A DNA stretch of 64,000 nucleotides, from contig JACKHH010000005.1 in NCBI GenBank assembly GCA_020639095.1, positions 56,574 through 120,573 on the forward strand, written 5' to 3'. A model generated the notes under the pieces. The model saw only the letters and a list, made by a program, of their open reading frames with translations, did no database searches and was not told the origin of the DNA. This stretch comes from Phycisphaerales bacterium. Lineage in GTDB: Bacteria; Planctomycetota; Phycisphaerae; UBA1845. Each line of letters starts with the position of its first letter. Positions within the stretch are counted from its first letter, which is position 1. The translations under genes and the position numbers were made by a program. Below are positions 29,744 to 37,780 of this stretch, one piece after another.

Positions 29744-30569
29744 CTTGCCTACTTCTTTGTGAGACACTTGATCCTCATGCGCAACAACTGCGCGGGGCAT
29801 GATACCGCGCCGCGCGAGCGTCGCCCAACAGGCGGTATCGGCGTGCCAGCCCGCGTCATCGCGCGTTGCGAATCGCCGTATTTTCAGGGGACAAATGTGA
29901 TTTATACTTGACACCTTCCTGCGTTGAGGTATATTTCCCAAACACGTCGCGTTGGGCGGCGTGCATGTGTAGTGGAGGTTGCCATAGTGGCTACCCGTCA
30001 GCTCGACATTTTCAAAAGCAGCCGGCGAAACGAATGGCTCGCGCTATCGCTGATAAGCGGTGGGCTCATGCCGTTGGATTCCGCGTGCGGAATCACGTTC
30101 GCCCATGACGGGCCTCCCGGGTAGTGTGCAATTGTTTTTTGCCCATCCACCCCGGAGGCGCTTGCGACAGCGGCCTGCGGGGTTTTTTGTTGCGCATGTC
30201 TTTCCGCGTAACCCCTGACGGTCTCTTCGGTTAGCGATCGTATTGAACCGGTTGCAGTTGGTACGCGTGTCGATTGCCGGGGCTGTTGTGTCCCGATGCG
30301 ATGCGCGGACGGAGAAGGTGCGCGCATGTGTGCCACTGCTCTTGAGCAGTGGGACATGTCACAGAGCGTCGCTGCGTATCGCGTCCACTGCTCAAGAGCT
30401 GTGGCACAGGGTACGTCTCGCTCGCATGGAGAAAAGTCAATCCGCGCACGCGTTGCGCGGCGGCCTGAAGGATATGTCGGTTGTCGTACCGGCGGTGTGC
30501 GTGGGCATCGTTCGCTCGATTTGCTCGCGTACGTTCCGCGTGACGGGGTCTGAAGCGACAACGTAGCAT

Positions 30570-30645
30570 GTGTGAGAAGCTCAATGGTCGAGCAACACGA
30601 CTTAGGATCGTGCTGGTGCGGGTTCGAATCCCGCCTCAAACACCA
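30570..30645 (+). tRNA. tRNA-like gene (76 nt, encoded CCA). Anticodon loop reads UAG (Leu), but the variable loop is short like a class-I tRNA and there is a G3:A70 mismatch. Possible pseudo-tRNA or tRNA-derived attachment site
   Basis: Manual cloverleaf: acceptor GTGTGAG/CTCAAAC with one mismatch, D-stem GCTC/GAGC, anticodon stem CACGA/TCGTG with loop CTTAGGA, 5-nt variable loop, T-arm GCGGG-TTCGAAT-CCCGC, discriminator A, CCA. Confidence 0.45.
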
Positions 30646-31439
30646 ACCCGGAGTCGTCCCCCCGCCCCGCTCAGTCAACCGGCTGGTCGAGGCGGGGGGA
30701 TGACTCGCCCGGCGAATAGCCGGGACGGCGTAAGCCGCTACCGAGCCTTGGCGGGGAGAGTGCTTCGTCGCGTCGCCGGTTGTCCCGATCGCACCGTATG
30801 GGCTGCATCATCAGCCCGTGCGCCACGACGGGCGACACCGTCGAAGCGGTTCGAGCGAACGCGGATACCGCCGAGTCAAATCGCCAATCGTGCGATCTCG
30901 CGTCAGACGGAAAGCAGACGCGAGTTCGCACGAACGGCGGTCACTGACCCGGCTTAAGCGTTCGCCCACCGCGTTCCGCGGGGCGATGCGAGAGAAGGCT
31001 CTCCTCGTCGGGCAGCGGCGGCGAACGCGTTGAGCGACATGACACTGAATCGGGAAAGCAGAATAGGGATTTACGAAATAGCAGGATGGCAAACTCCTCC
31101 CCCTCTGGGGGAGGGCAGGGTGGGGGTAGTCAGCGAAAGTGTTCTTGAGTCAAAGACTCCTCCGCCGACTCAGAAACTGCATCGGTTCACGCGAAGTCGT
31201 CGCGCTTTGCAACGGCTTCGCTTGATGCCCTCCCCTTGCCCCTCCCGGAGGGCGGGGAGTTGGACCGTCCTGGCTATGTGGGGAAAGACCAATCCTGGTC
31301 GCGAATGCAGGCAGGATGCCTGCACCACAATACAGAACCCCGGGCGTCTAGTCCGGGGCGGAACAAACAGTGACGTCTCGACGTCGGGACGCACATGAGT
31401 TTGCATGAGCCCACGCGCTCGAGAAAGGAGGTTATATCC

Positions 31440-32561
31440 ATGTTGGGTTTGATTCGTATTCGTAAGCACGAGCGCGGTCTGCGGTTCCGTCACGGGGACT
31501 TTGTCGGCTTGCTGTTGCCGGGCCAGTACCGTCTGTGGAACCGCGCGCGCAACGCGATTGAGGTGTACAACACGCTCAATACGCGGTTCAAACACGATCT
31601 GCTCGACGTGTTGCTTGAGGATCGTGAGGTGCGCGCCGCGCTCACCATCGTGGACCTCAGCGACAATCAGCGTGCATTGCTCTGGAAGGATGACCGCCTC
31701 GCGGAAATCCTCGGGCCGGGGCGTCACGCCTTCTGGCGTACGCCGTACACGCTGACCGTTGAGACGTTCGAGGTTGATGCGTTCGGGCTCGAACACCCAC
31801 GGCTCGAAGCCATCTTGAGCCACCCGGGTGGGTCGCAGTGGTTGCAGGGCATCGACGTGGACGCACACGAAGAGGTGCTGCTCTACCGTGACGGCAAGCT
31901 CATCAAGCGTCTCGGCCAGGGGCGTTACGTCTACTGGAAGGGCGCCGGGCGTGTGACCTGGAAGGCGATCGATCTGCGCGAGCAACTCGCGGATGTCGCC
32001 GGTCAGGAAATCATGACCCGTGACAAGGTCACGCTGCGTGTGAACCTGCTCGTGGCCTACACGGTCGTCGACGTCGAGAAGGCGGTGTCGGTGGTGGCTG
32101 ACCACGCGCAGGCGCTGTACCGCGAGGCACAGTTGGCACTGCGTGCCGCGATCGGTACGCGCACGCTCGACGCGTTGCTCACGGACAAGGAGTCCGTTGG
32201 GAATGAGGTTGCGAATGTCCTGGCGAAGCGTTCAGCCGACTTCGGGGTGAGCGTCCGCAGCATCGGTCTGCGTGACATCATCCTGCCGGGTGAGATGAAG
32301 CTGATTCTCAACCAGGTAATCGAAGCCGAGAAGCAGGCCCAGGCGAACCTGATCCGTCGTCGTGAGGAAACGGCAGCCGCGCGTAGCCAGGCGAACACCG
32401 CCAAGCTGCTTGCGGAGAACCCGGTTCTCGCGCGGATGAAGGAGCTGGAGTCGCTGGCGGAGATTTTGGCCGGCACGAAGGCGACGTTCGTCCTCGGTTC
32501 GGGCGACCTGACCGATCAGGTCCGCAGCCTGGTGACGTCAGCCGTCCAGCAGCAGGCTTGA
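31440..32561 (+). CDS. SPFH/band-7 (stomatin/prohibitin-like) domain protein
   Basis: Strong ribosome-binding site AAAGGAGG then ATG 31440. Band-7 core with a coiled-coil C-terminus ([25 protein letters not shown]). The track start at 31395 is an upstream extension. Confidence 0.75.
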   Translation: MLGLIRIRKHERGLRFRHGDFVGLLLPGQYRLWNRARNAIEVYNTLNTRFKHDLLDVLLEDREVRAALTIVDLSDNQRALLWKDDRLAEILGPGRHAFWRTPYTLTVETFEVDAFGLEHPRLEAILSHPGGSQWLQGIDVDAHEEVLLYRDGKLIKRLGQGRYVYWKGAGRVTWKAIDLREQLADVAGQEIMTRDKVTLRVNLLVAYTVVDVEKAVSVVADHAQALYREAQLALRAAIGTRTLDALLTDKESVGNEVANVLAKRSADFGVSVRSIGLRDIILPGEMKLILNQVIEAEKQAQANLIRRREETAAARSQANTAKLLAENPVLARMKELESLAEILAGTKATFVLGSGDLTDQVRSLVTSAVQQQA

Positions 32562-32596
32562 CCTCGAAACGGTGGTGAACAGTTCCTCCACCCAGG

Positions 32597-32640
32597 GGTG
32601 TCCGCACGGCCCCGACCCGTGCGGGCACCCTGCCTTTTTT
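32597..32640 (+). terminator. Rho-independent terminator after the SPFH gene
   Basis: CCGCACGG-CCCCGAC-CCGTGCGG hairpin followed by a T6 run (GCCTTTTTT). Confidence 0.6.
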
Positions 32641-32842
32641 AGTGTGTTGAGGTGGATCGCCGCCATCGGGTGGCCCAGGCCCTCTGGGCCTGGGGGCTTC
32701 GATTTATCGGGCAAACTCGCCGTTTCTCGTCTTGTAGCGACCGAAACGACGGGTGATCCATCATGCTTGCTCAATCACTACCCCAGTCCCGAAGGGCCTG
32801 GGCCACCCCTGACTGTTCGTAGCCACCTACAGCCCAATTGCC

Positions 32843-32870
32843 TTGCGTTGTGGAGGGACCCACATATAAT
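32843..32870 (+). promoter_or_regulatory. Sigma70-like promoter upstream of rpmE
   Basis: TTGCGT (32843-32848), a 16-nt spacer, then TATAAT (32865-32870), about 70 nt upstream of ATG 32941. Confidence 0.45.
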
Positions 32871-32940
32871 GCGTGGCTCGGTTGCGGCTCGGAATTGGCG
32901 GGTCGCGGAGTTGGCCTGCCCAGGTGAAGGACGGCAGACG

Positions 32941-33228
32941 ATGAAGAAAGAAATCCATCCCAAGTATCGCGAGGTTGTGTTCCACGACGTGGAAGCCGAC
33001 TACAAGATTCTTACGCGCTCGACCATCCAGACCAAGGATACGATTTCGCTCGACGGCAAGGAGTATCCGCTGGTCAAGCTCGAAATCTCCAGCGCGTCGC
33101 ACCCGTACTTCACCGGCGCGGAGAAGTTCGTGGACACGGCTGGTCGCGTCGAACGCTTCACCAAGAAGTTCGGTGGCGACTACTTCGCAAAGCCGACCAA
33201 GAAGAAGAAACCCGCTGGTCGCCTTTAA
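32941..33228 (+). CDS. rpmE: 50S ribosomal protein L31, Cys-less type B form
   Basis: [14 protein letters not shown]...HPYFTG...KFGG is a typical L31 sequence. No CxxC zinc motif, which indicates the type B paralogue. The ORF-track start at 32572 is spurious. Confidence 0.85.
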   Translation: MKKEIHPKYREVVFHDVEADYKILTRSTIQTKDTISLDGKEYPLVKLEISSASHPYFTGAEKFVDTAGRVERFTKKFGGDYFAKPTKKKKPAGRL

Positions 33229-33348
33229 CAACCTGGTTCAAAATCCCAACCACGCATGCGCGGTCCGAGTGGCTGCCTGCGTGGTTTTTCTATGGGCGGA
33301 CCGTTTCGTGTCCACGTCACCGGCGACCCTGATCAAGTGAACTGAACC

Positions 33349-34443
33349 ATGGCCCAATCCGTCGATGAGAAACTGCTCAACAAACTCGCGGAGATCGCGG
33401 ATCGCCGCGCTTCGCTCGAAGCGCAGATGGCTGATCCCGAGATCGCCAGCGATCACAACAAAGCCATCGCACTCGCCAAGGAACTCGGCAAGCTGAAGTT
33501 CCTCACCGATCCGTACCGCGAGCTGCGCAAGACGCAAAAGAGCCTGGAAGAGGCGCGCGAACTCATGCACGACTCTGCCGGCGATCCCGACCTGCGCGAA
33601 CTCGCGGAAGCGGAGCTGCCCGATCTCGAAGAACGCTACGAGGAGCAGCTCGAAGCGCTCAAGGAACGCGTGGTGACGGCCGATGATGCCGCGATCGGCG
33701 CGGTCATGCTCGAAGTGCGCGCCGGGACCGGAGGCGATGAAGCCGGTCTCTTCGCCCGCGATCTCTACGAAATGTACCTGCGCTACTGCCAGCGCATGGG
33801 ATACAAAGTCGAGGTGCTCGATCAGTCGAGTGGCGAACTCGGCGGGCTCAAAGAAGTCATCATGACGATCCGGGGCGAAGGCGCGTGGCGTTCGCTGGGC
33901 TACGAAGGCGGCGGCCACCGCGTGCAACGCGTGCCCGAGACCGAAGCCCAGGGTCGCATCCACACCAGTGCAGCCACCGTTGCGGTCTATCCCGAGCCCG
34001 AGGAAGTCAACATCGACATCAACTGGGATGCCGACGTCGAGGAGCACGTCGCGCGGGCCAGCGGTCCGGGTGGGCAGAAGGTCAACAAAACATCGTCCGC
34101 GATCAAGCTGGTACACACCGAAACCGGTATCACCGTGAGTATCCAGGACGAAAAATCCCAGCACAAGAACCGCGCCAAAGCGCGGCGCATCCTCACGGGT
34201 CGCGTGTTCGATCATTACCAACGGCAGCAGACGGCAGCCGTCGACAGCGCCCGCAAGACGATGATCGGCAGCGGCGACCGTTCGCAGCGCATCCGCACGT
34301 ATAACTTCCCGCAGAACCGCTGCACCGATCACCGCATCGGCGTGACGCTCTACAGCCTCGATAAGATCATGCAGGGCGAACTCGACGAAATGATCGCGGC
34401 GCTGCAAACCTTCGACAAAGAGCAGCGCTTGAAAAACCTGTAG
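33349..34443 (+). CDS. prfA: Peptide chain release factor 1
   Basis: GGQ motif (SGPGGQKVNKT) and RF1-type codon-recognition loop (QRVPETEAQGRIHTSAATVAV, with PET in the PxT position). Confidence 0.85.
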   Translation: MAQSVDEKLLNKLAEIADRRASLEAQMADPEIASDHNKAIALAKELGKLKFLTDPYRELRKTQKSLEEARELMHDSAGDPDLRELAEAELPDLEERYEEQLEALKERVVTADDAAIGAVMLEVRAGTGGDEAGLFARDLYEMYLRYCQRMGYKVEVLDQSSGELGGLKEVIMTIRGEGAWRSLGYEGGGHRVQRVPETEAQGRIHTSAATVAVYPEPEEVNIDINWDADVEEHVARASGPGGQKVNKTSSAIKLVHTETGITVSIQDEKSQHKNRAKARRILTGRVFDHYQRQQTAAVDSARKTMIGSGDRSQRIRTYNFPQNRCTDHRIGVTLYSLDKIMQGELDEMIAALQTFDKEQRLKNL

Positions 34444-34460
34444 TCACGACAGGTGCCGAA

Positions 34461-35492
34461 TCAGTCGTTCGCGCGGTAGCGTCGGCCTAGCCCGATGAGT
34501 TTCTGAATGAGTTCCTCGTAGGTCATGCCGCCGGACTGCGCCGACAGAGAGAAGTCGTCGTCGTGCGCGAGGTCGGGGTTGGGGTTGGGTTCCAGCAGGT
34601 AGACGGTGCCATTGTCCGCCAGGCGCAGGTCCATGCGCGCGTAACCGTTCAACCCCAGCAGGCGATAAACGCGTTTGCAGATGTGGATGATGCGATCGGC
34701 GGCGCCTTCGGGCAGGTCACCGGCTTCGCCTGTGGTGATGCCGTGCCGTTTGCGATAGCTCGCGTTCCATTTCACGCTTTCCGATGCGATGCGGTGTACG
34801 CCGTCCGCGACCTTGTCGAAGTGCATTTCCCAAAGCGGGAACGTTTGCACGCGGTGATTGCCGATCATGCCGACGTAAAGCTCTCTCCCGGTGATGAACT
34901 GCTCGGCAATTGCGTCTGTTCCGACCTGCTCATGCACGTACGCGACGCGATCCGCGAGTTTCTCGTCGCTGGTGACCACCGAGGCTTGGGCGATGCCCAC
35001 GGAGCCGTGCTCCATCGTGGACTTGACGATGAGCGGGAAGGGTAGCTTGGCGGGTCGCTGCACGCGTTTGCCGCGATGGAAGACGACGAACGCGGGCGTG
35101 GCGATGCGGTGGTAGCGCAGGATCTTTTTCGCGGTGACCTTGCGCGTCGCGAGGATCAGGCTCGACGGATTGCACCCGGTATAGGCTGAGCCCATCAGTT
35201 CGAGAAAACCCAACACGTAGGGCACGTAGATGCCCTTGCCGCGAAACTCTTCGAGCAGGTTGAAGATGATGTGCGGTTTCTTTTCGACGACGGTTTTTCG
35301 GATGGGCGCGATATCATCGGAAACGCCGAGAATGGTGACGTCGTGCCCCAGGTCTTCGAGGGCGGTGACCACGTCGTACTCGGTGCGGAGCATGGCCACC
35401 TCGCGGTCGCTCATGCCCGAGAGGTCCTCGGGAGGGATGAAGTCCTCGTGCATGAGTGCGACGACGCGGAATTTCTTTGATCGTTTGCTCAT
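34461..35492 (-). CDS. ATP-grasp ligase of the D-alanine--D-alanine ligase family
   Basis: Ddl-like N-terminal and ATP-grasp core motifs (LIVKS...GS.G, EQFITGREL, NGYARMDLR..DG..YLLEPNPNPD). Overlaps the upstream HExxH gene by 4 nt. Confidence 0.65.
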   Translation of the reverse strand: MSKRSKKFRVVALMHEDFIPPEDLSGMSDREVAMLRTEYDVVTALEDLGHDVTILGVSDDIAPIRKTVVEKKPHIIFNLLEEFRGKGIYVPYVLGFLELMGSAYTGCNPSSLILATRKVTAKKILRYHRIATPAFVVFHRGKRVQRPAKLPFPLIVKSTMEHGSVGIAQASVVTSDEKLADRVAYVHEQVGTDAIAEQFITGRELYVGMIGNHRVQTFPLWEMHFDKVADGVHRIASESVKWNASYRKRHGITTGEAGDLPEGAADRIIHICKRVYRLLGLNGYARMDLRLADNGTVYLLEPNPNPDLAHDDDFSLSAQSGGMTYEELIQKLIGLGRRYRAND

Positions 35493-36553
35493 AGCGCCAA
35501 TCTCTGGGCTCCGCTTTGCAGGAAATTGGTGATCTGCATGGTCAGCAGAATTGCGACGTCGAGCTTGATATCCTCGACGGCGCGCGTCGCGTGCAGGTTG
35601 AGTTCGCGGCAGCGCGTGATCATCTCACGCAGCATGACGTTGATCGTGTACGAGTGCTGGCCGGTGATGACCGCGACCTTGCGGCTCAGCTCCGGTGCGG
35701 CGCGGCGCAGCAGGGCGACGGCCGATCGCGCGCCGACGGCATCGGCATTCGCGGGGAAGGTGCGGCGCAGGTCGCGATCGTAGAAGTCGGGCGAGTTCGC
35801 GGCGTAGCGATCGCGTTTTTCGGCGTAGTATTCGCGCAGCGTCTGCGTCAACTCCGGCAGCGGTTCGAGCGTTTCCTTGTTTCGTACCGGTGGTGTCTTG
35901 CCCGCGAGTTCCGCCATGAGTTCGTCAACATATTCCAGCTTCTTGAGCGCGGGCCAGCCGCGATACTGCTTGCGCCAATTTGAACCCGGCGCCAACCACA
36001 CGGCGAACGTTTCCGCAAAATCTTCCGACGGATGACTCTGCGCGTACCACCAGTCGAGGTGCAGCACGTACTTCTTGCTGAACGGTTTGGGGCGGTAGTA
36101 CTCGGGGTATGTTTTGGTTGACGGCCCGAAGAGTTTGCGCCACTGCGCCCGACGGTTCAGGCGATATGCGTTCTCCATCGCGTGCCCCGCTTCGTGTCGC
36201 AGGAGTCGCATGCACGACGATCGCGTGCCGCCCTCGACATCGAGCATCTGTTCGTCTTCGAGCTTGCGCAAACGTGGGTGCGCGAGGAAGAACGGAATCG
36301 CGATACCGGGCACGCCGTCCGGTGCGAACCAATCATGCGAGAACCAGCAGTGCGGGCGAAGTTTCAGCCGGCGCGCCTTCAACTCGTCATACAGCTCGCC
36401 GATGCGCTCCGCCACCGGTGTGCCTTCGATGCGCAAGCGTAGGTCGCAAAGGCGGACGTCGAGCAGCTTCTCATCAGGCAGTCGCGCCCAGGGGAACGTA
36501 CCCTGTGGCGCGTGATTGCTGTTGTCGATTTTGGTGGTACTGCGTTTCGGCAT
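35489..36553 (-). CDS. Putative zinc-dependent metallopeptidase (HExxH), function unknown
   Basis: HEAGH motif (LLRHEAGHAMENAY) with a downstream acidic residue. Co-transcribed with the ATP-grasp gene. Confidence 0.5.
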   Translation of the reverse strand: MPKRSTTKIDNSNHAPQGTFPWARLPDEKLLDVRLCDLRLRIEGTPVAERIGELYDELKARRLKLRPHCWFSHDWFAPDGVPGIAIPFFLAHPRLRKLEDEQMLDVEGGTRSSCMRLLRHEAGHAMENAYRLNRRAQWRKLFGPSTKTYPEYYRPKPFSKKYVLHLDWWYAQSHPSEDFAETFAVWLAPGSNWRKQYRGWPALKKLEYVDELMAELAGKTPPVRNKETLEPLPELTQTLREYYAEKRDRYAANSPDFYDRDLRRTFPANADAVGARSAVALLRRAAPELSRKVAVITGQHSYTINVMLREMITRCRELNLHATRAVEDIKLDVAILLTMQITNFLQSGAQRLAL

Positions 36554-36705
36554 TACTCAAACCTGTAGGATGCTAGGCGATTGTGAAGTTAGCAAGCGGT
36601 TCGCGGACTCTCCAGCCAATACCCGCGTGTCACCACCCATTGTCGCGACGGGCACACACCCCATACCTCACAAATCGTCGGAAATGTCAAGGAAAATCTG
36701 TAGTG

Positions 36706-37776
36706 TTAACGGCGTGAAGCGGCAGCCACGCGCACTTCGTAGACGCGGAATTTGCCGTCGTCTTCGATCGTTTTCCAACGTGGAAAGTGTGCATCGAGCA
36801 GTCGTGGGTAGGGGAGAAAACTGTTCGCGACAAAGCGCAAACGTCCGCCGGGATTGAGCAGCGAGACCGCTTCCGTCACCAGCCGCTCGCCCACGTCATG
36901 GGCGGTATTCACGCCGCGATGAAACGGCGGATTTGAGACGATCAGGTCGAATGATTCCGATACCTGATCGTACACATCGGAAGCGTAGACCGCGTCAGTG
37001 GGGAGGTTATTACGCTGCGCCGTACGCTTCGCGGCCGTCAGCGCGAGCGCGTCGCAATCGATCATTTCGACGCGTCGACCAGGTTCACGCTGATGCAGCC
37101 AAGCGCCGATGATCCCGCATCCGCAGCCCACGTCGAGCACGTTCATGCTCACGTCATCGACCAGCGTTTCGAGCAGCAGCTGCGTCCCGTGATCCAGCTC
37201 GCCGTGACTGAATACTCCGGGCAATGAGCACACTGTCACCGTCGTGTCGGCAACGGTGAACGCTTGCTCGGTGAACCATGGTTCAAGGTCGGTAGACACT
37301 GCGAGCGATGCGTTGCGCTGGGTTGCGCGCACGAGGGCGCAGCGTCGCGCGTTGTCGAGCGTCTCCACGGAAGCAAACATCTCGCCAAGCGCCGTGCGAG
37401 CCGGTTTGATGCCCGATCGCGTCTCGCCCGCGACGAGCACGCTACCGCTTTCTGCAAGCAACGCCGCGATCCGGTGAAATCCCATCTCACGCGCTTCACG
37501 TCCCTGCGGCAGATCAACGACTGCAAGCTCGAACGCGTTTGCCCGTGAGTCCGGCAGGTCGAACGCGACTTGTGAAATGCCCAGGGACTCCGCGTGCCGA
37601 CGCGTCACTTCGTACTCGCCGAAGTGCGTACACGTGACGGCTGACCCGCGCGGCAGGCAGTCATTCTCGTGCAGGTGCAACAGGTCGTCGGTATTCCAAC
37701 CGACGAACAGTACCGCACCAGCCGCTACATGCTGCGGACTGCGGGCAAGAAGTTGGGCGCGCGGCGAAGCGGACAT
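36706..37776 (-). CDS. Class I SAM-dependent rRNA (guanine-N2) methyltransferase, RsmC/RlmG-like
   Basis: ATG at 37776 (MSASPRAQL). SAM-binding site VLDVGCGCGIIG and the N-methyltransferase motif NPPFH. The track's 5' extension to 38118 is low-complexity and probably non-coding. Confidence 0.7.
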   Translation of the reverse strand: MSASPRAQLLARSPQHVAAGAVLFVGWNTDDLLHLHENDCLPRGSAVTCTHFGEYEVTRRHAESLGISQVAFDLPDSRANAFELAVVDLPQGREAREMGFHRIAALLAESGSVLVAGETRSGIKPARTALGEMFASVETLDNARRCALVRATQRNASLAVSTDLEPWFTEQAFTVADTTVTVCSLPGVFSHGELDHGTQLLLETLVDDVSMNVLDVGCGCGIIGAWLHQREPGRRVEMIDCDALALTAAKRTAQRNNLPTDAVYASDVYDQVSESFDLIVSNPPFHRGVNTAHDVGERLVTEAVSLLNPGGRLRFVANSFLPYPRLLDAHFPRWKTIEDDGKFRVYEVRVAAASRR

Positions 37777-37780
37777 GGGT

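Noticed and set aside
30333-30407. Possible mini-CRISPR array (two palindromic repeats with a 32-nt spacer), also at 42896-42967
   Set aside because: Only two repeats per locus. The repeats are 20-26 nt and perfectly palindromic, which is shorter and more symmetric than typical CRISPR repeats. No cas genes, leader or longer array is present in the window. The copies fit a REP/BIME-like or operator-pair interpretation better. They are kept as findings, not called CRISPR.
30230-30660. tmRNA (ssrA) candidate because of the GGTTCGAATCC T-arm and encoded CCA
   Set aside because: The 3' element folds into a complete four-arm cloverleaf with an anticodon stem-loop. A tmRNA tRNA-like domain lacks that arm and has an Ala-type G3:U70 acceptor. 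No tag-peptide reading frame (…ALAA-stop) was found upstream.
29998-30678. 226-aa minus-strand ORF and several 60-130-aa ORFs across 29950-31400
   Set aside because: Composition is low-complexity, Arg/Pro/Ser-rich. They overlap hairpins, the tRNA-like gene and the palindromes. No motifs or plausible starts were found. The region is treated as non-coding.
31030-31398. RNase P RNA, because of ACAGAACCCCGGGCG resembling the conserved ACAGAANCCGGCUUA segment
   Set aside because: The motif recurs within the 48.3-kb and 50.5-kb repeat cores. No GGAAAGUCCGGGC P4 5' strand or other RNase P universals were seen nearby. It is interpreted as a repeat-family hairpin.
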